Below, in pieces: positions 63,662-64,000 of a stretch of 64,000 nt of DNA. The translations under genes were made by a program, and so were the position numbers. Position 1 is the first letter of the stretch. Each line of letters begins with the position of its first letter. The notes below the pieces were generated by a model that searched no databases, was not told where the DNA came from, and saw only the letters and a list, made by a program, of their open reading frames with translations. Source of the stretch: Oligoflexales bacterium (GTDB lineage Bacteria > Bdellovibrionota_B > Oligoflexia > Oligoflexales > JALZUQ01); contig JALZUQ010000001.1 of the NCBI GenBank assembly GCA_023301465.1, positions 105,225 through 169,224 of the forward strand, given 5' to 3'.

Positions 63662-64000
63662 TTATACGTTTCGAATCTGCCAAGTCTTCCACATGGCCTC
63701 TAAAACAATGCCTAGCGTCATTTTTGATTCTCCGTGTTTTCTGTCGGGGAAAATAATGGGGAATTCAGCAAATTGATGGCCTTGTTTATATGCTCGGTAT
63801 TTTAACTCTATCTGAAAGGCATAACCTCTGGTTTTGAGTCGAATACTAGTAAAGTGTTTTAATATTTCTTTGCTCCAAATATTAAAACCACCCGTAAAAT
63901 CATAGATTGGTGCATTTAAAATCGTTCTAGCATAAAAGGAACCAAACCTTGAAATAAACTGACGAATGATTCCCCAGTCTTCTACTCCGCCTTCTTCAAT
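63662..64000 (-). CDS. Family 2 glycosyltransferase (polyprenol-phosphate mannosyltransferase-like), C-terminal fragment; gene starts beyond window end
   Basis: Own minus-strand translation: IEEGGVEDWGIIRQFISRFGSFYARTILNAPIYDFTGGFNIWSKEILKHF...GYAFQIELKYRAYKQGHQFAEFPIIFPDRKHGESKMTLGIVLEAMWKTWQIRNV*. The DxTGGF...GYAFQ.E...FPI.F.DR..GESKM pattern is typical of Dpm1/PpmS-like GT2 enzymes. Not in the ORF track because it is truncated. Confidence 0.65.
   Translation of the reverse strand: MEEGGVEDWGIIRQFISRFGSFYARTILNAPIYDFTGGFNIWSKEILKHFTSIRLKTRGYAFQIELKYRAYKQGHQFAEFPIIFPDRKHGESKMTLGIVLEAMWKTWQIRNV

Overview
AT-rich bacterial chromosomal segment made almost entirely of housekeeping genes. I saw no transposase, integrase, phage gene, CRISPR array or rRNA. 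Taxonomy cannot be set without a database search; the gene repertoire (eukaryote-like class Ia RNR, AmgK/MurU-type cell-wall sugar salvage, secreted proteases, sigma-54 machinery) fits a low-GC Bdellovibrio-like or deltaproteobacterium-like organism, but this is inference only.

Layout:
- 1-13.7 kb, minus strand: dcw division/cell-wall cluster rsmH-ftsL-ftsI-murE-murF-mraY-murD-[347-aa membrane ORF]-ftsW-[265-aa degenerate MurC-like ORF]-ftsQ-ftsA-ftsZ. It has no mraZ and no murG/murC/murB/ddl.
- 14.2-17.3 kb: LysM protein and an amgK/murU-like pair.
- 17.4-23.9 kb: rpoH, a TolC-like/DsbA-like/DUF2797 block, a PanE-like gene and hldE.
- 24.0-25.3 kb: a perfect sigma-54 promoter in front of an atypical enhancer-binding-protein (EBP) homologue.
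- 25.4-29.4 kb: fabI, glpK, fmt, purN.
- 29.7-34.3 kb: LysR regulator plus poorly characterised genes, including a cytoplasmic ChaN/Tiki-like protein.
- 34.5-40.0 kb: five-gene Opp/Dpp-type peptide ABC importer.
- 40.0-42.1 kb: trypsin-like protease with a triple C-terminal repeat, then tRNA-Arg(ACG) with a duplicated 3' fragment.
- 42.1-46.6 kb: nrdAB with NrdR boxes, followed by a PPTase.
- 46.9-64 kb: FGE-domain protein, MFS transporter, UvrD-like helicase, yajC, glpD, PilZ protein, fadIJ, sdhCAB, rph, and a partial GT2 gene.

I found no convincing novel multi-gene system. The best second-look candidates are the catalytically dead MurC relic in the dcw cluster, the sigma-54 promoter/UAS/degenerate-EBP module, the repeat-bearing protease, and the tRNA-Arg/nrd intergenic region (tRNA fragment, DnaA-box-like motifs, 17-bp perfect hairpin).
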